Position numbers and translations under genes: made by a program
Shown: in pieces, positions 9,014 to 18,396 of the stretch
Layout of the letters: the number at the start of each line of letters is the position of its first letter
How positions within the stretch are numbered: position 1 is the stretch's first letter
Notes under the pieces: model-generated
What the model saw: the letters and a program-made list of their open reading frames with translations, nothing else
Told to the model about the DNA's origin: nothing
The model's database searches: none
From: Pseudolabrys sp.
GTDB lineage: Bacteria > Pseudomonadota > Alphaproteobacteria > Rhizobiales > Xanthobacteraceae
Reading direction: 5' to 3'
Length of the DNA: 64,000 nucleotides
Assembly (NCBI GenBank): GCA_036264375.1
Contig: DATARB010000066.1
Span: 41,536-105,535 of the forward strand

Positions 9014-9829
9014 CTTGACTATTTCATCTCCCCGCGAGACCTCTGGAATTCTATCGCGACGTCTGCCGCGCCGCAGATCATCGACGTCCGCCGCGCCGAC
9101 GTTTTCGCGCAATCGCCACGGATGCTGCCCGGCGCGCTGTGGCGCGATGCCGGCAAGGCATGGCAATGGTCGGACGAACTCGATGTCACGCAGCCCGTCG
9201 TGGTCGCCTGTAAAGCCGGTCATGAGTTGAGCCAGACGGCGGCGGCGCACCTGCGCGCCGACGGTTTCGATGCGCAGGTTCTCGCCGGAGGCTACGAGGG
9301 CTGGGCTGCGGACGGCCTGCCATTCGTCGCCAAACCTGAGCTCGATCGCATCGCGCCGGAACGGCCGAGCCTGTGGGTGACGCGGCGGCGGCCGAAGATC
9401 GACCGCGTCGCCTGTCCATGGCTGATCCGGCGCTTCCTCGATCCGCAGGCGCGCGTGCTGTTCGTCGATCCGGACGAGGTCGTGGCCGTCGCGCGCGAGA
9501 GCGGTGGTGTGCCCTTCGACATCAAGGATGTCGAGCTGAGCCACGTGGGCGAGCGCTGCAGCTTCGACACCATGTTGAAGCTGTTCGGGCTGGAGGATGA
9601 GCCGTCGTTGGCGCGGCTCGCGCTGATCGTGCGCGGCGCCGATACGGCACGGCCGGACCTCGCACCGGAGGCGGCGGGGCTGCACGCGGTCTCGCTCGGG
9701 CTCTCGGCGCTGGCCGGCGACGACGATCATGGGCTGCTGCAACGCGGCTTCGTCATCTATGATGCCTTGTTCGCGTGGCTGCGCTTTGCCGCCGACGAAC
9801 GGCACAATTGGCCCGTGAAGGCAGCATGA
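9011..9829 (+). CDS. chrB: Chromate resistance protein: rhodanese domain fused to ChrB C-terminal domain
   Basis: IIDVR..VVACKAG..LAGGY.GW rhodanese; WVTRRRPKIDRVACPWLIRRF and CSFD ChrB motifs; next to chrA. Confidence 0.85.
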   Translation: MLDYFISPRDLWNSIATSAAPQIIDVRRADVFAQSPRMLPGALWRDAGKAWQWSDELDVTQPVVVACKAGHELSQTAAAHLRADGFDAQVLAGGYEGWAADGLPFVAKPELDRIAPERPSLWVTRRRPKIDRVACPWLIRRFLDPQARVLFVDPDEVVAVARESGGVPFDIKDVELSHVGERCSFDTMLKLFGLEDEPSLARLALIVRGADTARPDLAPEAAGLHAVSLGLSALAGDDDHGLLQRGFVIYDALFAWLRFAADERHNWPVKAA

Positions 9830-9835
9830 GGACGC

Positions 9836-11158
9836 ATGACGACCATTGAATCGACCGTCAAGCCGAGCTTCGGCGAAGCGTTCAGGACCTGGCTGAAGAT
9901 CGGGTGCATCAATTTCGGCGGACCGGCGGGGCAGATCGCCTTGATGCACCGCGTGGTCGTCGACGAAAAGAAGTGGGTCGAGGAGGCCCGCTTCCTGCAC
10001 GCGCTCAATTTCTGCATGCTGCTGCCGGGCCCCGAGGCGCAGAAGCTCGCGACCTATCTCGGCTGGCTGCTGCATGGCGTACGCGGCGGCCTCGCCGCCG
10101 GCATCCTGTTCATCCTGCCGGGCGCCTTCGTCATGCTCGGCCTGAGCCTGCTCTATGCGCTTGGGCGCGGGATCTCGGCGGTAGACGGAGCGCTGTTCGG
10201 CATCAAGGCGGCGGTGCTGGTGATCGTTGTCGAGGCGCTCATTCGCATCGGCAAGCGCGCGCTGAAAAGCGGCGTGCTGCTCGGACTGGCGGCTGCGGCC
10301 TTCGTCGGCATCTTTTTTCTGGCGCTGCCGTTTCCGCTGATCGTGGCGGCGGCGGCGCTCATCGGCTACGTCGTCGCACGCCGGTCGCCTGAACAACTCG
10401 GCCTCACCGAGATGACCGAAAGCGTGCCGCCACCGGCGAAGGGACGATGGCGGCAGTTCGCCGTTGCATCGACGATCGGCGTGATCGCGTGGTGGGCGCC
10501 GGTGGCGCTCGCCGCGCTCGTCTTCGGCCCGCACCACGTGCTCGTCAGCATCGGTATCTTTTTCTCCAAACTTTCGGTCGTGAGTTTCGGCGGCGCCTAC
10601 GCACTGCTCGCCTACATGGCGCAGCAGGCGGTCGAGACTTACCGATGGATGACGGCGCCGGAGATGGTGGACGGGCTCGGCCTTGCCGAGACCACGCCGG
10701 GACCGCTGATCCTCGTCACCCAATTCGTCGGTTTCCTTGCCGCGTTCCGCAATGGCGCGCCCTTCACGCCCATCATTGCCGGCCTGCTTGGCGCCGCCAT
10801 GACGACCTGGGTGACGTTCGTACCATCCATGCTGTGGATTTTTGCCGGCGCCCCGTTCGTCGAGCGGCTGCGCGCGAACCGTCAGCTTTCCGGCGCGCTG
10901 GCTGCGATCACTGCCGCCGTGGTCGGCGTGATCCTCAATCTGTCGGTCTGGTTCGCGCTGCATGTGCTGTTCGGCACGGTAACCGAACAGCATGCGGGAC
11001 CATTGCGCTGGTACGCCTTCGATCCGAACGCGCTCGATACGCATGCCGCCGTGCTTGCGGCGACCGCGGCGCTCATGGCGTTCCGATTCCACCGCAGCCT
11101 GATCGAGGTCATTGTCGTGATGGCGCTGCTCGGGATCGTCACGCAATATTCTTTTTAA
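9836..11158 (+). CDS. chrA: Chromate efflux transporter (long-chain CHR)
   Basis: FGGPAGQIA, LPGPEA and second-half FGGAYA / TPGP motifs. Confidence 0.93.
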   Translation: MTTIESTVKPSFGEAFRTWLKIGCINFGGPAGQIALMHRVVVDEKKWVEEARFLHALNFCMLLPGPEAQKLATYLGWLLHGVRGGLAAGILFILPGAFVMLGLSLLYALGRGISAVDGALFGIKAAVLVIVVEALIRIGKRALKSGVLLGLAAAAFVGIFFLALPFPLIVAAAALIGYVVARRSPEQLGLTEMTESVPPPAKGRWRQFAVASTIGVIAWWAPVALAALVFGPHHVLVSIGIFFSKLSVVSFGGAYALLAYMAQQAVETYRWMTAPEMVDGLGLAETTPGPLILVTQFVGFLAAFRNGAPFTPIIAGLLGAAMTTWVTFVPSMLWIFAGAPFVERLRANRQLSGALAAITAAVVGVILNLSVWFALHVLFGTVTEQHAGPLRWYAFDPNALDTHAAVLAATAALMAFRFHRSLIEVIVVMALLGIVTQYSF

Positions 11159-11201
11159 AGCGCATGATCTTGTCCGAAAACCGGTACCTTCATGCGCTCT
11201 A
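11159..11201. repeat. Short rhizobial intergenic palindrome (RIME/Bru-RS-like) between convergent genes
   Basis: AGCGCATGA...AAAACCGGT...TCATGCGCT inverted repeat; minus strand begins TAGAGC. Confidence 0.6.
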
Positions 11202-11984
11202 ACGCTCGCGCTTGATCGCGCTCTCGTGCCAGTGGCGCAGCGCAAAGTACGAGAGCGCCGACAAGACGAAAAAGATCGCCACACCCGCGAGCGACAAAAG
11301 CAATAACGCCGCGAACATGCGCGGGATGTTGAGCCGGTAGCCCGACTCGGCAATGCGATAGGCGAGCCCCGAGCCCGCGCCGGCCGAGCCCGCTGCGATT
11401 TCAGCCACCACGGCGCCGATCAGCGACAGGCCGCCGGCGATGCGCAGCCCGGCGAGCATCTGCGGCAACGCCGCCGGCAGTTTCAGGCGCCACAGAATTT
11501 GCCAGCGCGAGGCTTTGTAGAGTTCGAACAACGCCAGCAGATTGTGATCGACCGAATTGAGGCCGAGCGTGGTGTTGGCGAGCACCGGGAAGAAGGCCAC
11601 GATCCAGGCGCAGGCGAGCACGGCCAGCGGCTGCGGCAGATAGATCAGCAAGAGCGGCGCAATGGCGACGACCGGCGTCACCTGCAAAATGACCGCATAA
11701 GGATAGAACGAGTATTCAATGAGCCGCCATTGGCTGAAGGCGACTGCCAGCACGATGCCGCCGACGGCGGCGAGCACGAAGCCCTGCAAGGTGATGCTGA
11801 GCGTCACCAGCAGCGAGTCCCATAGCAACCCGCCGTCGGAAATCAGCGTCGCCAAGACGACGCCCGGAGCCGGAAGGACGTAAGGCGGGATGGCGAAGAC
11901 GCGCACCACGATGTCCCAGCACGCCACGACGAGCGCGAGCACAATGATCGGGAGGACGACGCGAAGGGCGCGCGCGCTGATCAT
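11199..11984 (-). CDS. NitT/TauT-type ABC transporter permease
   Basis: LPAP, QVTPVVAIAPL, EAA-like LPAALP..LAGLR, AVVAE. Confidence 0.9.
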   Translation of the reverse strand: MISARALRVVLPIIVLALVVACWDIVVRVFAIPPYVLPAPGVVLATLISDGGLLWDSLLVTLSITLQGFVLAAVGGIVLAVAFSQWRLIEYSFYPYAVILQVTPVVAIAPLLLIYLPQPLAVLACAWIVAFFPVLANTTLGLNSVDHNLLALFELYKASRWQILWRLKLPAALPQMLAGLRIAGGLSLIGAVVAEIAAGSAGAGSGLAYRIAESGYRLNIPRMFAALLLLSLAGVAIFFVLSALSYFALRHWHESAIKRER

Positions 11985-12010
11985 CGGCGTCGCTCCCAGC
12001 ACGGCCTATT

Positions 12011-12124
12011 CCCTCCCCCCTTGCGGGGGAGGGTTAGGGAGGGGGGTCGGAGCATTACGCAAGAATTTCGATTACCCCCCTCCCGACGCGCTTCGCGCGT
12101 CGAACTCCCCCGCAAGGGGGGAGG
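12011..12124. repeat. REP-like element (CCCTCCCC...GGGAGG family)
   Basis: CCCTCCCCCCTTGCGGGGGAGGG...CTCCCCCGCAAGGGGGGAGG. Confidence 0.85.
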
Positions 12125-12147
12125 CAAGAGAGTTTGTGGCGCGGCAA

Positions 12148-12933
12148 TCATACAGTCTTCTCCGTCGCCATCGCCTCACCCAGCGCCTCGGACACGCGCC
12201 GGCACTGCGCGGCATATTCGGCTGACGTGCGGAAGCTCTCGTCGCGCGGATAATGAGCATCGACGGCGATCTCGGCGAACACCCGGCCGGGGCGCGGCGT
12301 CATCACCACGATGCGCTGCGAGAGATAGACCGACTCGAACACCGAGTGCGTGACGAAGATGACCGTGCGGCGCATCTCCTGCCAGACGGCGAGGAGATCA
12401 TTGTTGAGCTTGAAGCGCGTGATCTCGTCGAGCGCGGCGAAAGGCTCGTCCATCAGCAAGAGACGCGGTTCGGTGGCGAGCGCCCGCGCAATCGAGGCGC
12501 GCATCTTCATGCCGCCGGACAGCTCGCGCGGATAGGCTTGCGCGAATTCGCTCAGTCCCACGCGCGCGAGTGCCTGGCGCACAGCGGCGTCCGCGCGCCC
12601 GCTGTCGGCATGGGCAAGCTCGAGCGGCAGCCGCACATTGGCGGCGACCGTGGTCCAGGGCATCAGCGTCGGCTCCTGAAACACAAAGCCGATATCGCCC
12701 AGCCCTGCGCCCTGCCCCGCCGGCCAATCGACCGTGCCTGTGGATGCGGTGCTCAAGCCGGCGATGATGCGCAGCGCCGTCGACTTGCCGCAACCGGACG
12801 GCCCGAGCAGCGACACGAACTCGCCGTCGCGCACATCGAGATCGAACTTGCCGAGGGCGACCGTGCCGCTCTCGAACGTTTTGCCGACGTCGCGGAGGGA
12901 GACGATGGGTGATGGATGATCGGAAACGGTCAC
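12148..12933 (-). CDS. NitT/TauT-type ABC ATP-binding protein
   Basis: GPSGCGKS, LSGGM, DEPF. Confidence 0.93.
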   Translation of the reverse strand: MTVSDHPSPIVSLRDVGKTFESGTVALGKFDLDVRDGEFVSLLGPSGCGKSTALRIIAGLSTASTGTVDWPAGQGAGLGDIGFVFQEPTLMPWTTVAANVRLPLELAHADSGRADAAVRQALARVGLSEFAQAYPRELSGGMKMRASIARALATEPRLLLMDEPFAALDEITRFKLNNDLLAVWQEMRRTVIFVTHSVFESVYLSQRIVVMTPRPGRVFAEIAVDAHYPRDESFRTSAEYAAQCRRVSEALGEAMATEKTV

Positions 12934-12941
12934 GAATCCCC

Positions 12942-13059
12942 GCTGTCATCCCCGCGAAAGCGGGGATTCAGTAACCACCGGCGGAGCGCAATGGGCCGGT
13001 GCTTCATTTATTCATGATTGGGGTTACTGGATCGCCCGGTCAAGCCGGGCGATGACAGC
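12942..13059. repeat. REP-like element (GTCATCCCCGCGAAAGCGGGG / CTGGATCGCCCG heterodimer)
   Basis: GCTGTCAT...ATGACAGC ends, two different hairpin arms, CAGTAACC/GGTTACTG inner stem. Confidence 0.85.
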
Positions 13060-13060
13060 C

Positions 13061-14059
13061 TTAGTTCTTCGGCCGCAAATCCACCCCGACGCCCTTGTTG
13101 ACGAATTGCAGCGTGTACGCGCGCTTGTAATCGAGCCCGGCCTTGACCACGCCGGCGTGCACCATCTTGTCGAAGAAGCTCTTCATGTGCGCGTCGGTCA
13201 TGGCCCCGATGCCGAGCTTCACCGCATCGCCGGAATCGACGATGCCGTATTCCTTCATCTTGGCGATGGAATAGGCGAGCAGCGCGTCGGTCATCTCCGG
13301 GTTCTGCTGCTTGATCAGTGCATTGCCCGGCCGGCTGTCGCCGTAAATGTAATGATACCAGCCGATGGCCGAGGCGTCGACGAAGCGCTGCACCAGATCG
13401 GGCCGTTTCTCGACCAGATCGCGGCGCGTCTCGATCAACGTCGAGTAGCTGTTGAAACCGTGGTCGGCGAGCAGGAACACCTTCGGCTTGAAGCCGCCCT
13501 GCTGCTCGATGGCGTAAGGCTCGGAGGTGACATAACCCTGCATCGCCGAGTTCTTGTCGGCAAGGAACGGCTGAGCGTTGAAAGTATAGGGCTTCACCTG
13601 TGAGTCGCTGAAACCGAAGTCGGCTTTCAGCCACAGGAACAGGCCGGTCATGGATTCCTTGGACAGGAACAGCGTCAGCTTCTTGAGATCTTCGAGCTTT
13701 TCCGCCGTGCCAGGATGCGCGATCAGCACCTGCGGATCCTTCTGGAAGCTCGCCGCCACGGCGACCGTCGGGATGTTCTGCTCGACCGCGTCGAACGACT
13801 GGAGCGTGTTGGCGCTCATGTAGAAGTCGATCTTGCCGACGGGGAGCAGGATGCGGTTGTTCACGTTCGGGCCGCCCGGGACGATGGTCACGTCCAGCCC
13901 GTATTTCTTGTAGGTGCCGTCGGCGAGCGCCTGGTAGTAGCCGCCCTGCTCCGGCTCGGCGACCCAATTGGTGGCGAAGCGCACCTTGTCGAGCTGCTGG
14001 GCCTGAGCGGCGCCAAGCGCCGCAGCGAGAATGACGAACGATAGCGCGGTCTTCTTCAT
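13061..14059 (-). CDS. ABC substrate-binding protein, NMT1/THI5-like
   Basis: Signal peptide, NW.AEPEQGG.YQA, MQGYVTSEP; in operon with ATPase and permease. Confidence 0.88.
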   Translation of the reverse strand: MKKTALSFVILAAALGAAQAQQLDKVRFATNWVAEPEQGGYYQALADGTYKKYGLDVTIVPGGPNVNNRILLPVGKIDFYMSANTLQSFDAVEQNIPTVAVAASFQKDPQVLIAHPGTAEKLEDLKKLTLFLSKESMTGLFLWLKADFGFSDSQVKPYTFNAQPFLADKNSAMQGYVTSEPYAIEQQGGFKPKVFLLADHGFNSYSTLIETRRDLVEKRPDLVQRFVDASAIGWYHYIYGDSRPGNALIKQQNPEMTDALLAYSIAKMKEYGIVDSGDAVKLGIGAMTDAHMKSFFDKMVHAGVVKAGLDYKRAYTLQFVNKGVGVDLRPKN

Positions 14060-14280
14060 TGTTTCACTCTGTCATCGCCGAGCGGCGAAGGCCACCCCCG
14101 CCTCAATGCGCGAGGTCTGAACTTTCTTTGAAACGTCTGAGGCTCGGTTCAGGCGGGGCATTTCTGTGACACAAGTTCATTTTAGTCGTTCCAACTTACG
14201 GGACAGTCTTGCCCAATCGTGCGATCCAAGGGTAGATCGGTCCGCTTCGCGCGTCGTCTCGGGGGGACAGGGCAGCGACA

Positions 14281-15036
14281 ATGCACGGCCAATCCTGCTC
14301 GCGGCCGCTTCAGGCATCCTGTGCACGAAAAGCCGCGCCAGCGCGGTTTTGGGCCGCGCTGTGGCTCGTCATGCTCGCGCCCGCCTCGGCCTACGCCGCC
14401 GGTGGCGCTTTCGTCGTCGACGATGCCGAGATCGCCAAGCCTGGTGAATGCAAGGTCGAATCCTGGATCGCGCTCGCCAGCAATCATGACCTGCAGGCGA
14501 TCACGCAGCCCTCCTGCGTGGTGCAACTTGGAATTCCCATGGAGGTGACCGGCAGCTTTGCCCGCGTGCGCAGCGACGATGTCTGGCAAACCCAGGTGGG
14601 CCCGAAGATAAAGATCAACATCCTGCCGGTTGAAACCGGAAAAATCGGCATAGGCCTCGTTGATCAGCCGGCCTGGGACGGTGCCACGGGGCAATACCTT
14701 TACAATATGCTCTTTGTGCCGCTCACGTTCCAGCTGAACGACAATTTTCGCATCAACCTGAACGTGGGCTGGCAAAGTGACGGCGTGAACCGCGTGGACG
14801 ATGTTTACTGGGGCGGCGGCTTCGAGTGGAATTTTGTAAAACCCGTTACGCTGATCGGCGAAGCGTTCGGCTTGGCCGGGCCGACTGTCGATCCAATTGG
14901 CGTCACCGAGCCGCGCGCGCAACTCGGCCTGCGCGTCACCCCGAAGGATAATTTCGACATCGACCTCATCTATGGACGCAATGTCGGCGGCGAGAACGCG
15001 AACTGGTTCACGCTGGGGCTCAATGTGCGATTCTAG
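14281..15036 (+). CDS. Hypothetical exported protein, probable outer-membrane beta-barrel
   Basis: Signal peptide ending AYA-A, alternating beta-strand pattern, C-terminal Phe (GLNVRF); start uncertain. Confidence 0.65.
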   Translation: MHGQSCSRPLQASCARKAAPARFWAALWLVMLAPASAYAAGGAFVVDDAEIAKPGECKVESWIALASNHDLQAITQPSCVVQLGIPMEVTGSFARVRSDDVWQTQVGPKIKINILPVETGKIGIGLVDQPAWDGATGQYLYNMLFVPLTFQLNDNFRINLNVGWQSDGVNRVDDVYWGGGFEWNFVKPVTLIGEAFGLAGPTVDPIGVTEPRAQLGLRVTPKDNFDIDLIYGRNVGGENANWFTLGLNVRF

Positions 15037-16559
15037 CCTCCCGACTGGGTCACGGCCTTGCCCCGCACCTGCGCCATGACGGCCGAGACCGCGCGGCCGA
15101 TCAGCGGCCAGAACAGCAGGATGATCGCCAGTGTGGTGATGGAGCCGACCAGCGGGTTCGACCAGAACACGCGCAAGTCCCCGTCGGCACCGATCATCGA
15201 CAGCCGAAAGGCATCTTCGGCGCGGCTGCCGAGCACCAGCGCCAGCGTGAACGGCGCCAGCGGAATGCCGATCTTCTTGAACACGTAGCCGACCACGCCG
15301 AACACCAGCATCAGCCAGATGTCGAACATCGCGTTCTGGATGGCGTAGGCGCCGATCGCGCAGGACACGACGATCATCGGCGCGATGGCGGCGAAGGGCA
15401 CGCGCAGCACCGCGGCGAAGATCGGCACGGTCGAGAGCACCATGACGAGGCCAACGATGTTGCCGAGATACATCGAGGCGATCAGGCCCCAGACGAAATC
15501 CTTGTGCTCGACGAACAGCAGCGGGCCCGGATTGAGGCCCCAGACCATCAAGCCGCCGAGCAGGATGGCCGCCGTGCCCGAACCGGGGATTCCCAACGCC
15601 AGCATCGGCAGCAGCGCCGCGGTACCGGACGCGTGCGCCGCCGTCTCCGGTGCGAACACGCCCTCGATGCGGCCTTTGCCGAAGCTTTCGGGATCCTTTG
15701 AAAACCGCTTGGCGAGATTGTAGCCCATGAAGGACGCGGCGATGGCGCCGCCCGGCGTGATGCCGAGCCACGCGCCGATGACCGAGGACCGCAGCAGCGT
15801 CACCCAGTAGCGCGGCATGTCCTTCCACACGGACCACAGCACGCGCAGGCTGATGCGCGCCGCATGGCCGCGCAGCGCAAGGCGCTCCTCCATGGTGAGG
15901 AGGATCTCGCTGATCCCGAACAGTCCGATCACCGCGACCAGGAAGTTGATGCCGCGCAACAGGTCGCTGAAGCCGAACGTCATGCGCAACTGGCCGGAGA
16001 CGGTATCCATGCCGACGCCGGCCAGCAGCAGGCCGAGCGCCATGGAGATGACGGTCTTGTGCTTGGCCTCGCGGCCAAGGCCCACGAAGGAGCAGAACGT
16101 CAGAAAATACACCGCGAAGAATTCCGGCGGCCCGAATCTTAATGCAAACGAGGCGATGCCCGGCGCCAGGAACGTGATGAGAAGCACGGCGAACAGCGAG
16201 CCGATGAACGAGGAGGTGAATGCCGCGGTGAGCGCTTCCGCGGCCTTGCCCTGCTGCGCCATGGGATAGCCGTCGAAGGTCGTCGCCACCGACCAGGCCT
16301 CGCCGGGGATATTGAACAGGATCGAGGTAATCGCCCCGCCGAACAGCGCGCCCCAATAGATCGACGACAGCATCACGATGGCCGAGGTCGGGTCCATCGT
16401 GAAGGTGAGCGGCAGCAGAATGGCTACGCCGTTCGGCCCGCCCAGGCCCGGAAGAACGCCCACGAAAATGCCGAGCACCAGTCCGACCATCATCAAGGCG
16501 ATGATCTTCCAGGTCATCAGGACCGCGAAGCCGTGAATGAGAAGGCCGAACGCTTCCAT
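15033..16559 (-). CDS. tctA: Tripartite tricarboxylate transporter large permease
   Basis: GVLPGLG, NIPG, DGYPMA, LGIPGS motifs. Confidence 0.93.
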   Translation of the reverse strand: MEAFGLLIHGFAVLMTWKIIALMMVGLVLGIFVGVLPGLGGPNGVAILLPLTFTMDPTSAIVMLSSIYWGALFGGAITSILFNIPGEAWSVATTFDGYPMAQQGKAAEALTAAFTSSFIGSLFAVLLITFLAPGIASFALRFGPPEFFAVYFLTFCSFVGLGREAKHKTVISMALGLLLAGVGMDTVSGQLRMTFGFSDLLRGINFLVAVIGLFGISEILLTMEERLALRGHAARISLRVLWSVWKDMPRYWVTLLRSSVIGAWLGITPGGAIAASFMGYNLAKRFSKDPESFGKGRIEGVFAPETAAHASGTAALLPMLALGIPGSGTAAILLGGLMVWGLNPGPLLFVEHKDFVWGLIASMYLGNIVGLVMVLSTVPIFAAVLRVPFAAIAPMIVVSCAIGAYAIQNAMFDIWLMLVFGVVGYVFKKIGIPLAPFTLALVLGSRAEDAFRLSMIGADGDLRVFWSNPLVGSITTLAIILLFWPLIGRAVSAVMAQVRGKAVTQSGG

Positions 16560-16567
16560 TGTGAACC

Positions 16568-17110
16568 TCAGTATCCGAACAGGGCTTCGACCGGCCCCTT
16601 CGGCATGATGACGTCGAACGCGATTTCGAAGGTGACGAACATGACGATCGAAAAGACGAACGCCGTGAGCAGCGACACCCACCAGGAAATACGGCCGACC
16701 ATGCGCATGAAGCCCGCGATCAGCAAAAAGCTCGCGACGTAGAGGCCGAGCCATTGGGTGAACAGGCAGAACAGCAGCGTCGGGAAGAAAACCTGCAACA
16801 CGCGGCGGAGCTGATCGCGTGTGACGAAGGTCTCGCCCGCGGCCACACGGCCGAAGATGATCGTGCCGAGGCCGTAGAGGCTCGCCAACGCAAGAATGAT
16901 CGAGAGATAGAACGGGAAGTAACCGGCCTGCGGGCCGTCCGACGCCCAGCCCGCGCCGGTGCGCATATTGTCGAAGGCAAGCAGCGCGGCGAGCGCCAGC
17001 AACAGGACATAGACGATCGCTTCGACCGTGCGCGTGGCAGCGACAGGCGGCGAGTCGGCGGCCGGCGCGGTCGGATCGTCTACGGCGATTTCAGGTTCGG
17101 AGGAGGACAT
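16568..17110 (-). CDS. tctB: Tripartite tricarboxylate transporter small permease
   Basis: GPQAGYFP motif, 4-5 TM segments, lies between tctC and tctA. Confidence 0.85.
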   Translation of the reverse strand: MSSSEPEIAVDDPTAPAADSPPVAATRTVEAIVYVLLLALAALLAFDNMRTGAGWASDGPQAGYFPFYLSIILALASLYGLGTIIFGRVAAGETFVTRDQLRRVLQVFFPTLLFCLFTQWLGLYVASFLLIAGFMRMVGRISWWVSLLTAFVFSIVMFVTFEIAFDVIMPKGPVEALFGY

Positions 17111-17124
17111 GGGGTTCCTTGCTC

Positions 17125-17245
17125 GTCATTCCGGGACGGCGCGAAGCGCCGGACCCGGAATCCAGATGGAGGCATGACGCGTGGCTCTGGATTCCGGGTT
17201 CGTCCGCCTTCGCCCTGCGGGCTTCGGCGGACGTCCCGGAATGAC
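17125..17245. repeat. REP-like element (GTCATTCCGGG family) with an extra nested hairpin
   Basis: GTCATTCCGGGAC...CCCGGAATCCAGA / TCTGGATTCCGGG...GTCCCGGAATGAC. Confidence 0.88.
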
Positions 17246-17253
17246 CGCTTTTG

Positions 17254-18240
17254 TCACTTCGCCACGAAGCCGGCTTCGGTCATCAGGCCTTCGTTGAGCT
17301 TGTCGTCTTCCTCAAGGAACTTCACCATGTCATTGCCGGTGAGGAAGATCGGCTTGAGCGCCTGCTTCTCCATGTAATCCTTGTACTCGGGCGTCTCCGA
17401 CACCTTCTTGAACAGATCGACATAGAACGCTGTCTGCTCCGGCGTCACTTTGCCCGGCAGGAACATGGCGCGCAGCATCAGGTACTGCACGTCGAGGCCT
17501 TCCTCCTTGCAGGTCGGGATGTCGTTCCAGGTCTGCGAGTCGGTGACCTTGGACGTGTAGGAGATGCGCTCCTTGTCGAAGACGCACAGCGCGCGCACCT
17601 GTCCGGCGCGCCACACTTCAAGATTTTCCGACGGATTGTTCACGTTGGACGCGGTGTGGTTGCCGACCAATTGCGTCGCCGCTTCGCCGCCCGACTTGTA
17701 CGGCAGATAAGCGAACTTGGCGCCGGTCTTCTTCTCGATGAAGACGGTGAGCACGTGGTCCTCGCGCTTGGAGCCGGTGCCGCCCATCTTGAAGACCGGA
17801 CTGGCGGTCTTGGCCGCGTCGATGAACTCCTTCACGTTCTTGTAGGGCAACGTCGTGTTGTCCCACAGTACGAATTGATCCATCGCGATCACGGCCACCG
17901 GCGACAGCTCGCGCCAGTCGAACGGAATCTTCGCCGACAACGGCAGCATGTAGATGAGCGAATAAGCGATCAGCACCTTGTTCGGATCGCCTTCGCTCGA
18001 CTTCATGTACATCAAGGCTTCAGCGCCTGAGGCGCCGCCCTTGAGCGACACGACCATCGGCGCCTTCATCAGATTGTGCTTCTGGATGGCGGCCTGGATC
18101 ATGCGCGCCATCTGATCCGAGGCGCCGCCGGCGCCGGCGGCGACGACGATTTCCACTGGCTTGGTCGGCTCCCAGGCCATGGCCGGCGCGCCGGCCAGCG
18201 CCGCGGCCATCGCCGCGCCGGCGAGTATAAGCTTCCTCAT
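17254..18240 (-). CDS. tctC: Bug/TctC family substrate-binding protein
   Basis: Signal peptide, AGAGGASD, PYKSGGEA..L.G, IPT..E.G. Confidence 0.88.
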   Translation of the reverse strand: MRKLILAGAAMAAALAGAPAMAWEPTKPVEIVVAAGAGGASDQMARMIQAAIQKHNLMKAPMVVSLKGGASGAEALMYMKSSEGDPNKVLIAYSLIYMLPLSAKIPFDWRELSPVAVIAMDQFVLWDNTTLPYKNVKEFIDAAKTASPVFKMGGTGSKREDHVLTVFIEKKTGAKFAYLPYKSGGEAATQLVGNHTASNVNNPSENLEVWRAGQVRALCVFDKERISYTSKVTDSQTWNDIPTCKEEGLDVQYLMLRAMFLPGKVTPEQTAFYVDLFKKVSETPEYKDYMEKQALKPIFLTGNDMVKFLEEDDKLNEGLMTEAGFVAK

Positions 18241-18396
18241 GTGCATCCTCCCTATCCGGGCCGGCTTCGATGAGTCGTGCCGACCTTGTTATTCGCCTAT
18301 TGTGCGGATGTAGCGCGGGAGTGCAAGCCTGCGTTGCGGGCCGGCCGGAGACGCGGAGAAATATCTCAGGCGGCGTGCCGCCAAAGCGCCTGCGCC

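Noticed and set aside
8870-11353. 827-aa minus-strand ORF and other long antisense or alternate-frame ORFs (e.g. 14182-16356, 21005-22948, 30147-31775, 60312-62252)
   Set aside because: They shadow well-supported genes, are Arg/Ala/Gly-rich without motifs, and are expected in high-GC DNA
14060-14280. TPP riboswitch ahead of the NMT1/THI5-like binding protein
   Set aside because: No CTGAGA...ACCTG core found on the coding strand
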